A stretch of 64,000 bases of DNA. Source: a virus. Positions 19,401 to 24,554 of the stretch are shown in pieces. Position numbers and translations under genes: made by a program. Location of the stretch: the IMG/VR virus record IMGVR_UViG_3300035670_010029, one strand, 5' to 3'. Within the stretch, counting starts at the first letter, position 1, and the number at the start of each line of letters is the position of its first letter. Under the pieces are notes generated by a model. That model saw only the letters and a program-made list of their open reading frames with translations. It was not told the DNA's origin and searched no databases.

Positions 19401-20931
19401 TAAAACCCCCACCAAAACCACCAGCAAATTGTGTTAAAGCACTAACCCCCCTAAAAGCTGCCATAATACCGATTAAAGGTAAAACACCTTTGGTAGCATC
19501 AGCAATTTTGATTAGAGCGCTTGCAAGATCAAGACCCAATCTAACCATTGTTTTAAAGCCATCACTATCACCTACGCTTCTCACTAAAGCTGTAAATTCT
19601 TCTCTAACTTTTTGTATTTGAACAGCTAACGCTAGTTGACCTTTGGCCGCGTCTGTAGCTAATGATCCTTGTCCTTGTTGAGCTACCTTAAGAGCATCTT
19701 GAGCAGTGGCGAATTGTTGGATAAGAGGAAGTACTTTACCAATCTGACGGAAACCACCAAGCTCTTCAACTATTTGAGAGAACTTTAAGTCTCTAGGATC
19801 CAATCTGCCTAATCCTTCGGCCAATCTTTGAACAGCAACATAAGGCCCAACGAATTTACCCTCTAGATCAGTTAATTGAACACCATACTCTTTAAGAGCT
19901 TCTATAGTGTCGCCTCTTTGTATTCTGGTAAATATTGTTCTCAAACCAGTAGCAATAGTTTCTGCACTTTCGCGAGTAGTAGCTCTAATACTAGTAAACA
20001 CAGCCAAAAATTCGTTTAAGGCATCGGTGCCTGAACTAACTCCTCTACTAGCAGAAGCAAACACGCCACCAGTACGCTGTATAGCAGCAATAAGGTCGCT
20101 AGCTTCTACTGCAAACCCAGCCGCTACAGCATTGATACTACCTAAAGCCCCTTCTAGTTGATTGGCACTAATACCAAACTGTCTCATCAAAGCAATAGAA
20201 CCTTCTACTGTTTGATTAAGATTATCAAAAGATGGAGCTAATGCACTTTTAGCTAAGGCTTCTAGTGCTTTTCTGGTATCTCCCGCAGTAAAACCTGCCT
20301 GAGCTAGCGTTACCGATACTTGAGCCAAATCTTCTGACGCAACACCCATAGATGTAGATAATCTGGTAATCTCAGATGTCATACTACTCAAACTGGCTTT
20401 GCTTTCATTTGTTACCTGACTCAAACGAGTAATCTGACGATCAAATTCTATATATTGTTTTATACCGGCACTTAACGCATTACTAAATCCGTATATAACA
20501 GATGTCACAGCACTAAAGGCCGCAAATCTTCTTACGGCTAACCCAGCTTGTCTTCCGAAGTCTTCAAACTCGGTACGCGTTCTTGATACGGCCGCACTAG
20601 CGTTATTAGCACTAGAAGCCAACCTTACCATGGGAGCTTGTACTGTTTGCGGTAAATTAACATTACCAACCGATCTCATCGCAGCTGCCAAATTAGTAAA
20701 AGCTTGCGCTGCGGAGGTTGTTGACGATGTGGTTGCAGCTAGCGTGGTATTAAGAGTCCCAAGACTAGTATTAACTTGTCTGATTGATCCTAAAGTTGTT
20801 CTATTTATATTCAGATTAACATTAGCATTAATAGAACCAAGTTGTCTACGAATATTATTTACTATGGGACGAATATTGGTCGGCCCCCTAAGATTAATTT
20901 CTGCGGTTAAGCTGAATCCTCTTGCTGCCAT
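4420..20931 (-). CDS. Tape measure protein (TP901-like N-terminal core), 5503 aa, with embedded enzyme-like cargo domains
   Basis: The Ala/Gln/Leu-rich helical N-terminus has typical TMP motifs (LAQAGF, AAGFAVEASDL, ETIATGLRTIFTRI, LGGFRQIGK). The gene lies after the tube and chaperone genes, carries repeated DxVPAMLTPGEFV motifs, and has an AGGAG Shine-Dalgarno sequence. Confidence 0.93.
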   Translation of the reverse strand: MAARGFSLTAEINLRGPTNIRPIVNNIRRQLGSINANVNLNINRTTLGSIRQVNTSLGTLNTTLAATTSSTTSAAQAFTNLAAAMRSVGNVNLPQTVQAPMVRLASSANNASAAVSRTRTEFEDFGRQAGLAVRRFAAFSAVTSVIYGFSNALSAGIKQYIEFDRQITRLSQVTNESKASLSSMTSEITRLSTSMGVASEDLAQVSVTLAQAGFTAGDTRKALEALAKSALAPSFDNLNQTVEGSIALMRQFGISANQLEGALGSINAVAAGFAVEASDLIAAIQRTGGVFASASRGVSSGTDALNEFLAVFTSIRATTRESAETIATGLRTIFTRIQRGDTIEALKEYGVQLTDLEGKFVGPYVAVQRLAEGLGRLDPRDLKFSQIVEELGGFRQIGKVLPLIQQFATAQDALKVAQQGQGSLATDAAKGQLALAVQIQKVREEFTALVRSVGDSDGFKTMVRLGLDLASALIKIADATKGVLPLIGIMAAFRGVSALTQFAGGFGGGFRGTRRAQDGGRIYGFARGGIVPGSGNADSVPAMLTPGEFVVNKRAVNKYGRGNLVRMNRYADGGPVLVSDLLNRSGAAAIAKAIGSTNLEADDKVSIKIKPKTVKLEDQDFLKIWNTAENQAAQGSGHYKSYAGIDISQKNRDILRELSGKNRSEQKQIKQSYGQQTSDSISRLQSAEGRWGLAYEQLLIEKLSGQWEKASDKTNYPVDILKRLKNNAISRIGEVKFRTTKTDDADLISKLLRYRIEKKSVNRYFKENLPAPKIDDVNIGTLDYYWAGDTKKQFYDFINKQQQQKTPGFIKGGQIKAFAEGGKSQYTWAENKSFYDSANAKRTWYDVFEHGDKGASEVIYSGSFDEVLNFLQKKRTQNPEQQVVNEKFVGGFIQKFMTGSPGGVKQTQESFGTGETKFPRRITNAYAKQIIKEQQAAEWKQLASNVPTDERISIDDQAVGSRMTEPFDRAAFLASFKGKVKRDSLLKSIGDFAKFIGLPQEDLSVALPAQIDFGNAGSIGRKVIGGGLFNDSPLGSRGSEGWDLSVFGYTDKDKQDLFGYEKLVEEKKKLQNKILKTPIETFDDGSFSYDREAFVSVFDEIKTLQKKISDIKGKERRAIEAAVESKKQTMSATGRGSISLGTAFDKPGQDVLYHELTHQLFSGLRARSAESFSKYRERVDFLFNTDNDGLADAFDALSSGNGGGYTSADVVYGRKYKQSLLESAQLQNIRLRDNPEKRNPEMEKELASYIKASDDAKKAREYRPINPGVNQTLLSAGFEQAHITRTEDNGKEEFLTTLVQKAPVLDSKLQSVLDSTLSELLGSTGIKRQEYKVGGKAKKSTDKVSSVSKLLAALQTYSTTNKTFFGEVTPEILAVKGLPKYLSQIENEYGVSSAKVLGAGGENVSFDIGNEVLKISRTGFGIQQIAEDVGFRKKQIKEIGNYQLPEGMEHVSGYRKVKTFGKLTAAIQDKVRISDTEKGMKDAELLQGKLAERGLHWIDAGGSNMGYTKDGKPTVIDGMVLTKAYMDKYLSEDAVEDIEGDSFGSMYEWAKDIKKRKGKPRFSLGGMIQKFAEAGAVKEAPRIRDRVSALAQTKGQSIQETLLEQLRGLGGPAGVRTILGIGAGDSRTRSVLNANNIKANKGIEIAKDYVNRALFVSGKSDAAEAKRIASLTQVAIAGLLPMGYSDTNEWVLPESSKTIYATIKGFDKEYLPAAQQMSRETALAARNFAENVQYTKIFGGKEKLVFDFDETLVSGTDILNEEGKPDIPRYSDRTVVEEYLKGGRLTRLGAKLKTLIDADPEFIKNTRILTARPASTVDLLAQSLQSFGLPYQASDITGVGGEGVKVPRAKAQNLAQTEKLIDDSLDNIRAVQKSKKSGFLYTEPQAKPELDELMGQGNIEGAVIEKALAILGANLPPIETLESNRAIDFPGGLGRAAQFFGLPDNIPTEIKRTLNGSAFEKARGEFDRYYKEQAIGLADGGTVPALVSNGEAYVPPKLAKRIGYGKLNKMNQADRNGMGRFADGGISVFKGPGTGTSDSIPANLPVGSFVIREKATKALGLNRGGAVGVERFFLGGRSRGPSARPEVINADTIGATTLATTALTQLADVLTQLGVSGSESARLLNRSYQATAAEARRAAEADFNMARAAGASAETLYDLQQAINNANRAAQAELDIQQRLGNITGQAIQDALDAVEGRIEALRQAEENVLRTTPGTSGSPRTEEEVQAELRAGAAVRSRTAYEDIATGGGLGTSIDLSTLNATGDDLARVLQNLTRDARTLEQMDQRYIQTRRATIDAELRAGRITQDQAQEQVRAINEEIRARRTAIEQAAASRGERGPDEQRNFDRQASLALSFGVITVGNIIADSINAKSSAIEAGISGGIRGGSQAFSYTQAAIGELDNFTQNLRNTNSRFAGFASRLLRGAKAVQVVAILGQVALDAYNGVRQFYIELSKNKIEQALNGISEKFDKLNQDLTQVNLRQSIQSNLIDASRSADNLRTRTLDTASAGWINGLDVLFSSIQGNGASRQAAVRSQVLEKEGTIEYFRTLFGGADTYEAKAGKMVGAQAQESSQSFQPIAEGINQLIQARIKSGENVGDILGSAEFDDFARSLVYADTALNKQIRQIELSTGLTEKRKKELIEEIITIEGANKTRQAAAVAQREKDQKNLGAMVSVYTRSLKRMFTNMEQAINATAFSLKSMSENIDLTTAALQGQAKVGNIDLASANIIENPRSYGAGRVSAAQSSAGSLFGNRQPEMQQLMNLGETVENTVMSTINDTLKNQGPDSSNEVIARAVDKNIRAELKGLGLPPELADKLAKEVGSTLVDLRKSGDDKVDFAQLSEKLAGLNSVIETAKDAQSVAIKALQNYQNILNQYANNLNKIIDLEISARERSRKSIDITADSQLELSKTLNRTISVADVFAKRNASVGRQTGGITDPADIFNAVLKLNRTREIQQSSVQQSAEKGPAGVQDFVRFNNDLKATNISLRENRAALEEMANNTEKASAAMNAMQEAQQKATGRISFLEKVVTSTPDELESLNQSLYRLQRNMNGQQNTIQNSIGAQKAYQDAINNGASAMEAMRAAQTAFANERKDTLGALQDILPFLGDNQQANNTRANVLETMLQESGMGVSPMFQQILNSLRNPEQDPATAAAIQYYNQAIAEQSAATRLLGQLDQNLANDIASKNSKAIIDGLTNTILTFQNRELSDIGRNINTLVSIAQQPKPPVGGAGAVPPVAGIATGGLVYAAEGQLVNFQPRGTDTVPAMLTPGEFVINRSATQKHLPLLQQINNNSLQSGGRVGYYNAGGLITNWGKPDNIKQQGMLTEKPIIEPTDSAAEIWQKGSSNIYDLPNSYTLSFGASNALPTSSFDLNADNIIDKSMGSVRVGATPTIVKQGRDQYDYAKNDAAAQASSRIRGGLAKVKDNNSLYLGLGAFTGKQIFQAQEKEYQDKVKTMLLGIDGGPKPESILDKSLYRDKPPTTADFPDPTPNKWESTLVDKSYGVSFDKPYIGASSDQIQKSQAFKVWYYKRAFYNPAGWAPGMAMAVSVNKPSFVTGSPYADTEWSSESWEPHNGQTPSFVSEPMTKQQHILPGFKIDEANTKNHKPNYELYKNTLEFLQGRLGYVDDGSGQALGDKLSALFNNTQQYISLTGSELSPLDELITQGASSAVVAQPSLEPSFRTAIESVQANIERARRDRVKFGLVGAPPAKFDPEFNLGKPFVLTDEINRISKSFPVMINGNIEDYLGQTFMDEAKKNTLNAKGVVSSSLISDNIKLTLPIPINGKNPSIDVPIAYEKYTGQFYDATTGKFDPNRTIDTLLPNNIVGTLFNTLDKSQRRLFTAKQYGPNDIINASSINDPKLLQDFQDLIKMRVNKDPNAEQQAAKVASQLNLTFGQGTSLTKYLGSISSGADVFTDISQQPLSVNIGEFVLDKLAQFQQEMSLSAGKVDQSKITKGSVLTDADLPQATAALIRGSMALFGGLRLPGVSAGWLSNAGAPQAIRLALGGNPKGASQYMSSILNQAGTYVSQLQNRANSIQSYNALDNIMTMISGAANAFGAIAGGDTALLKQFYDAKAPIAGVFRSFGMSARAGKVAGLQLSPDWKNILGNQLQGTQIKVVGRDGTLTPTNLAGAIPENATVNDLVKVLFNPYNEFNGTKVRSGLIQKFGDDLFNLRGPNGMPYFDQITLGFIREGLYRLMNWYGGKGNWVGQDYFFDAMAQPDNAARMSNFAASFANDGQKYYDDAMQAHMFFGFANAFGALPSLSWFASRGAVAEPVNRAMGGIIYAQNGANLVNFQPRGTDTVPAMLTPGEFVVNRSATQKNLPLLKAINSNTLSSGGIVNYLADGGTAQNKLWIQSKNPLIAGLGWLGGVGEATGRAAYGAANVVAGAGISVAGRAVQGGSYLLGSESGQAAGQAFAQVGEQALVQGAYSTVELGQALAGSGPIQTGEQTALQVGDAARVESVRQGMGESAAAITEGAQTVGFVASQAAQALSSMGFSTGTSLAGKGAQALSVVDRLSDVGSMVSGAQKLPLIGNVVKGISSLGTNITPSIAKTIIAAGEAMPTFKSWLNNLGEGANKLGFVIDNLDIFAEAAVNPQTAKILEDAPSFGDAIKQLRPNRNAGTKTATQTVSVPNKADDVTDSASLATKASDNSDIIKLPKAQRLLVEDRLNQFKAMVQDAQSNRINAYIDNVEKELEFGIDSIDNFIRNNTATQKAYQDAISSGVSDSDALKAILYKDSGIEEFTDKAMKQGWSVDLGPPLKVSRNDDVIEGIISKDMESDTVWQQTRTKALADAEQGLSKEGRRALSKGIDDPSIKFEDRSWFDWTRNKTKNILGGRKKYIVGALALGGIYAATQLANQNTKPVSKTPDNINPPSPDNPIINKPEQANNDAAMQKIAMGAPPVMNPEELPIADGELPNYYDELTYKEWLNNLIKNGSAPQPPIKNLFKTPALYVKEKSLSFQDNKFVEKNESGRFTAFDERDGGSIVAGSVEKNKKLLLNAQTLEQKKLAQNARNNAGLGRGSYKSFGGLVNYLSEGGKPRQYLGVDSDQGGMPWPGSESSSPATIPETTTNDTFNDASGLPSIVNRDGSPLRTIEEGDRSTRAIFAAKGIESQFKSAYNYYQRKLGEYNYYNTKNDSMRSKWLASFDKKNKAKPKPKPDQVLGDIPDTVYASEGMLVPYQPRGTDTIPAMLTPGEFVVNRQATQSHLPLLHKINSGAYNKGGAVSYLSEGTKETKEEKVERLKAEREKIKAERIAAATAKRQAEQARQDAIRSRSEERGSEVLKERLAKSPQAKAREIANQRGKALEISREQGISPQVAMRQLVAGAAPVAAQRQAPAQAAMPQISPQTQQRVSQAAQAAFDPSNAGNVNKQLTIFGTLLTGVNQVMTQFGAIMQQIVAGGGVNNGVQANGVGGLDGLGQFTAKFDQFITQLSKLNLPPEINVNGNHKVEVVVNGAQALQELLDGPLSGLIRREVQSAFSRLNAESEGSIPDPTKQ
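5270..5375 (-). repeat. TMP internal module QPRGTDTIPAMLTPGEFVVNR..T..HLPLL (copy 5)
   Basis: Protein-level repeat, close to the copies at 7935-8040 and 11055-11160. Confidence 0.9.
7935..8040 (-). repeat. TMP internal module QPRGTDTVPAMLTPGEFVVNRSATQKNLPLL (copy 4)
   Basis: Protein-level repeat. Confidence 0.9.
11055..11160 (-). repeat. TMP internal module QPRGTDTVPAMLTPGEFVINRSATQKHLPLL (copy 3)
   Basis: Protein-level repeat. Confidence 0.9.
14760..14995 (-). repeat. TMP internal module, two divergent copies (VPALVSNGEAYV and GPGTGTSDSIPANLPVGSFVI) (copy 2)
   Basis: Same motif spacing as the other copies, but more diverged. Confidence 0.75.
15020..15250 (-). other. Second PD-(D/E)xK-like domain within the TMP
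   Basis: GAVIEKAL, then RAIDFP, then PTEIKRT, in the same E / D / ExK order. Confidence 0.5.
15290..15710 (-). other. HAD-superfamily phosphatase domain within the TMP
   Basis: All four HAD motifs occur in order: LVFDFDETLV (I), ILTAR (II), K of KAQNL (III) and LIDDSLDNI (IV). Confidence 0.85.
16250..16930 (-). other. Protein-kinase-like domain within the TMP
   Basis: Gly-loop VLGAGGENVSF, beta3 lysine VLKI, catalytic-loop-like WIDAGGSNMG (DxxxxN) and DFG-equivalent VIDG. Confidence 0.75.
16940..18230 (-). other. Zincin-like metallopeptidase domain within the TMP
   Basis: VLYHELTHQLF (HExxH at 17458-17472) plus a downstream KEEFLT helix that could supply the third ligand. Confidence 0.75.
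18540..18880 (-). other. PD-(D/E)xK nuclease-like domain within the TMP
   Basis: WGLAYEQLL helix, then NYPVDIL, then IGEVKF. Confidence 0.65.
19265..19345 (-). repeat. TMP internal module PGSGNADSVPAMLTPGEFVVNKRA (copy 1)
   Basis: Protein-level repeat at the end of the N-terminal helical core. Confidence 0.9.
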
Positions 20932-20946
20932 AGTTAATTATCTCCT

Positions 20947-20987
20947 AAAAAACAACGCCACGCACAGTAAATATGCATGGCGCTATT
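20947..20987 (-). terminator. Putative intrinsic terminator/attenuator immediately upstream of the TMP ribosome-binding site
   Basis: The minus strand reads AGCGCCATGCA-TATTTACTG-TGCGTGGCGTT, an 11-bp stem with G-U pairs. It is followed by GTTTTTT and then AGGAG. Confidence 0.7.
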
Positions 20988-21017
20988 ATTGTAATCAAAA
21001 AGATAAAGAAGACACAG

Positions 21018-21902
21018 TTATGTAGTGCTGGTTGTTGCTTCGGTAGCAGCTGTAGCTTCATTGGTAACTGGTGCTTCATTAGTGGTCTCAACTGTTTTTG
21101 CTTCCTCTTCTAAAACTACTGGCCGACCATGATCATCTAAGAACGGCTGTGTCTCAACGAGATATTCTCCATCCTCGTCAACCCTATTACCGTCTTTATC
21201 AACATACTCACCTGCCTCATTAATATACCTACCGTCTTTATCTACTAATCTGCCTTCACTATCAATTGTTCTGCCCTGTTTGTCAATAAATCTTAAATCA
21301 TCATTAACAAACTTATATTTTTTCAAGAACTTATTTTCTGGTAAATTTTTCTCAAAATTATTATCCAAGCCATAAATCATATTTGCTAACTTTTGCGCAC
21401 CAGCCAAGGCTACAGGATCATCAATGCGATTCATATAGTCTTCAAGGTTAGCAAAATACGCTTTATCGCTATCTTTATACACCACACATACCGATACCAA
21501 ATAATTAAACCTAGCATTATCAGCTTGGCCTTCAGCGCTATGATTGTCTAAAGATGTCCTAACACTAATTAGCTCTCGTATTTTATTTCGTACATCTCGC
21601 ATCTTTATGGCCAGTTTTTTAGCTTCTGATAAAGCAAAACCACCCTTAGCTAAACGTCGCTCTCCGTCTAAAAGTTCTTGTTGCAGAGTGGTGTATTCGG
21701 CCTGTTTTCCTGCGTTCCATAATCCTTGATCTTCTAATAGATCGTCCATTTTGGCTCGTACCACACTTTTGCTTTTTATAGCATCAGTGAAAGCCTGATT
21801 ATAAACTTTCTGAGCTTCTCTTTGATCGTGTAATGTTGGGGTTCTAACCATAAAAGTTTTTTCTTCCCCGTTGATTGTAACCTTAAAGTCCTGAGTTTTC
21901 AT
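21018..21902 (-). CDS. Putative tail assembly chaperone with acidic (I/V)DxxG repeats in the C-terminal region
   Basis: Lies directly upstream of the TMP. It begins FKVTINGEEKTFMVRTPT and has a helical core. Confidence 0.65.
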   Translation of the reverse strand: MKTQDFKVTINGEEKTFMVRTPTLHDQREAQKVYNQAFTDAIKSKSVVRAKMDDLLEDQGLWNAGKQAEYTTLQQELLDGERRLAKGGFALSEAKKLAIKMRDVRNKIRELISVRTSLDNHSAEGQADNARFNYLVSVCVVYKDSDKAYFANLEDYMNRIDDPVALAGAQKLANMIYGLDNNFEKNLPENKFLKKYKFVNDDLRFIDKQGRTIDSEGRLVDKDGRYINEAGEYVDKDGNRVDEDGEYLVETQPFLDDHGRPVVLEEEAKTVETTNEAPVTNEATAATEATTSTT

Positions 21903-21955
21903 AGTATAAAACCTTTCTGATTTTCTTGGTAATGTAAATAGTGAAAATAATAATA

Positions 21956-22264
21956 TTATTTATTGTTTGATCCACGAGGTTTGCCAAAATTATAACTGTA
22001 AGATTTGTGACAACCAGGACCCCACTTATCAAAATCTTCCTTGAGCTGTCTAATCTGAGTATTACCCTGATTAAGAATTTGATTACGTGTAAAATCCCAT
22101 ATATTAGCAAATTTTTCTTCTTCTGCAGTCAAGGGTATACTTTCGTCTTTGTCTAGACCCCAAAGAAAACCAAGATTGTCCTCTACTCTAGCTAATGCCC
22201 CTATCATAGTTGTTTGTATTCTTTTTTCTACAAAATATCGTAGTCTGTCCAGATTTTCTTGCAT
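21956..22264 (-). CDS. Hypothetical protein (102 aa) in the tail assembly module
   Basis: Clean ORF with AGGAAGG Shine-Dalgarno, co-oriented with its neighbours. Confidence 0.75.
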   Translation of the reverse strand: MQENLDRLRYFVEKRIQTTMIGALARVEDNLGFLWGLDKDESIPLTAEEEKFANIWDFTRNQILNQGNTQIRQLKEDFDKWGPGCHKSYSYNFGKPRGSNNK

Positions 22265-22286
22265 AATAAATGATCCTTCCTATTAA

Positions 22287-23327
22287 TTATTTTTTATTTA
22301 GTTCCATTAATCTTTGTTTGATTTCTCTCTGTACGTCCGGTAACTCGTGCTCTTTTAATGCTCTATCGCTATTAAAAACAGCCTGAGTCTTTTCTTGAAT
22401 GCGCTGAGTACTTTCCGCAGAATTAAGAGACAAAATGTGTTCTTTTTGCTCTTGGTCCTTCGCCAACAAAAATATTTCGCGTGAATTTTTTACTTTATCA
22501 CTCAATATATTATCTACACCCTTTTGTTGTTTTTGCTTTTTATTTTCTTCCTGCTGTTGAAGCATCCAACCATCTAGCGCATCATCATCTTCTATAATAT
22601 CGGAATCGGGACAATCCGGATGTTCATATATTCGATCATACATAATACTGGTATTAAGTAGTGCTCTTTGTTCTTCTGAAAGTTCTATAGCAGAACACCC
22701 GAATACATCTTGTTTATTTGTGTGATAATAATTTCTCCAATAATCACTACGAGCTATTTTTTTATATTGACTAATATCTATTACATTATCAGCTATAGTT
22801 TGCATAAGACCATTAAAAAAATCATAATCAATATTTTTATGATCAGAAAAAACGATATTTTCTGTATCTCTATAAAATAAAGAATTCAATATAATGTATT
22901 GGTTTTTAATGTTTTCACAATAATTTTCTAAAGTCAAAAAATCTAAACTGTGCTGAGTCTGATAAGCGGAGGACAGCTGTGTTTTAACAGAAGCAACGGT
23001 TTGTTTAATTTTTTTTCGTTTAGTTAAATCCGTCCAATTTTTAAATAGATCTATTTTTGCGGTATTAAGTTTTTTTTCAGTGTTTTCAAGATCTTTTTTG
23101 AATAGGGGAGTTGTTATTCCGTATTCTATCAAAAGATTGGGTATATCTTCTTCAAAAAGAAAATTATTAAATAAATTATCTTCGTACGTTGTCCGATATA
23201 TATCGTCAGCCATTCTTTTTAGCTTTAAAGATGGCTTGTGTAGATGATAATACGTATCTTTGTAAAAGAAAAACTGGTCCCCAGACATGATTCTGTGGAC
23301 CAGAAATTCTATATCCTTATTATTCAC
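22287..23327 (-). CDS. Putative tail assembly chaperone, paralog of 21018..21902 with a C-terminal extension
   Basis: The N-terminal ~150 aa align by eye to 21018..21902. The C-terminal part contains IYEHPDCPDSDIIEDDDALDGW. GTG start. Confidence 0.55.
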   Translation of the reverse strand: MNNKDIEFLVHRIMSGDQFFFYKDTYYHLHKPSLKLKRMADDIYRTTYEDNLFNNFLFEEDIPNLLIEYGITTPLFKKDLENTEKKLNTAKIDLFKNWTDLTKRKKIKQTVASVKTQLSSAYQTQHSLDFLTLENYCENIKNQYIILNSLFYRDTENIVFSDHKNIDYDFFNGLMQTIADNVIDISQYKKIARSDYWRNYYHTNKQDVFGCSAIELSEEQRALLNTSIMYDRIYEHPDCPDSDIIEDDDALDGWMLQQQEENKKQKQQKGVDNILSDKVKNSREIFLLAKDQEQKEHILSLNSAESTQRIQEKTQAVFNSDRALKEHELPDVQREIKQRLMELNKK

Positions 23328-23328
23328 A

Positions 23329-23478
23329 TTATTCTGAAGATTGTGAAATTATTGATTGTTGTAAGCTAGCTATTTCTTTGTCTTTATTTTCTATTTGCTT
23401 TTGTAATTCAGCAATAGCCTTTTGAGACTGAACGATATCTAGATACATTTTACCTATAATACTAAACACTTCATCCAT
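23329..23478 (-). CDS. Small coiled-coil protein, 49 aa (MDEVFSIIGKMYLDIVQSQKAIAELQKQIENKDKEIASLQQSIISQSSE); not in the ORF track
   Basis: Strong AGGAGG Shine-Dalgarno, heptad pattern, and it fills the gap between the tube and chaperone genes. Confidence 0.8.
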   Translation of the reverse strand: MDEVFSIIGKMYLDIVQSQKAIAELQKQIENKDKEIASLQQSIISQSSE

Positions 23479-23523
23479 TTTTGTCCTCCTGGAAAAATTC
23501 TTTAATTACTAAAACGAATTAGC

Positions 23524-24531
23524 TTATGATGGATTTGTTTCAACCACATCAGTGTAAGCTAAAGCTCCATCATTAGCCAATAAGGTTGAGTCTGGAGCAG
23601 TATAGCAGAAGTCGTTGAATGTCTGATAACTATATGTTACTTCAGCATTACCACCACCAGTGTCTCCACCGGTATAATTAACACTTGTAAGCTTATTCTT
23701 AGTGCCAAGATCTATTACGGTGCCATCGCACAATTTGATAACGATGGTCTGATCAGTAAGAGCTTTTGGGTTATTGCAAGCAGCGTCTGTACTGCCGGCA
23801 ACTCCAACCTGATCTCCGTTAGTTGCTGTTTTGGTAATTTCTGTGGTGATTTCTACAGGGAAATTAACATAACGCAAATAGGGCGTTCTACGACCTAACT
23901 GACGAAGTTCTTCTCGTCCAAGATTCATACTGACGGTAATATTGGTGACACCACCCAAGCCTCCTGGAATAGTACTTGTTGCGTCGAATAGGGCTCGACG
24001 CAAGATACCAACACCTTCTGGACTTGCAAGAGCAGGAGCGTTAGTTGCACCAGCTGCAGCCGATACCCATGTTTTGTCATTACTAACCAAGGTCACTTCT
24101 TCTGTAAAATTACCTTCTGTTGGGAAAGTGTATGTTACAGAACTAAGGTATGCTGGGACACATTCGACCTGAGCCACAGGTACTGTTGTAGCATTTGCCG
24201 ATACGTTATCCGGGAAGATAGAAAGCTTCACACCGCATCTGTTATTGGCTAAAGCACTCAGGCATCCTGTGCCCATAGCCATAGCGTAAATAGTTGGCTG
24301 ACCATCTAAAACCTTATTGAGAGTTACTTCAACTTCTGGAATTTCTTCATAATTATCATACAAAGACAATTGTCCCATTTGATAAATAGGCTCAAGATTG
24401 AAGTTGGTGTTCATACCAACGCTCTGTAGGCCCTGAACGGTGTCCCAAGCTGTACTACCAGTTCCGGTTGTACCCGATGGTCCGTTAAGTTGAACGCTTT
24501 GGCAGGCATAATAAATACGATTATTGGACAT
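23524..24531 (-). CDS. Major tail tube protein (non-contractile type)
   Basis: 335-aa Thr/Gly/Ala-rich beta protein with an internal two-fold repeat (VGMNTNFNLEPIYQMG / VSMNLGREELRQLG). It sits between the terminator and chaperone genes and has a GGAG Shine-Dalgarno. Confidence 0.75.
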   Translation of the reverse strand: MSNNRIYYACQSVQLNGPSGTTGTGSTAWDTVQGLQSVGMNTNFNLEPIYQMGQLSLYDNYEEIPEVEVTLNKVLDGQPTIYAMAMGTGCLSALANNRCGVKLSIFPDNVSANATTVPVAQVECVPAYLSSVTYTFPTEGNFTEEVTLVSNDKTWVSAAAGATNAPALASPEGVGILRRALFDATSTIPGGLGGVTNITVSMNLGREELRQLGRRTPYLRYVNFPVEITTEITKTATNGDQVGVAGSTDAACNNPKALTDQTIVIKLCDGTVIDLGTKNKLTSVNYTGGDTGGGNAEVTYSYQTFNDFCYTAPDSTLLANDGALAYTDVVETNPS

Positions 24532-24554
24532 GTGTTAGGTCTCCAGATTAATGG

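Noticed and set aside
20932-22264. Classical G/GT programmed frameshift before the TMP
   Set aside because: There is no downstream alternative-frame ORF between the chaperone and the TMP. The 21883..22110 ORF looks spurious.
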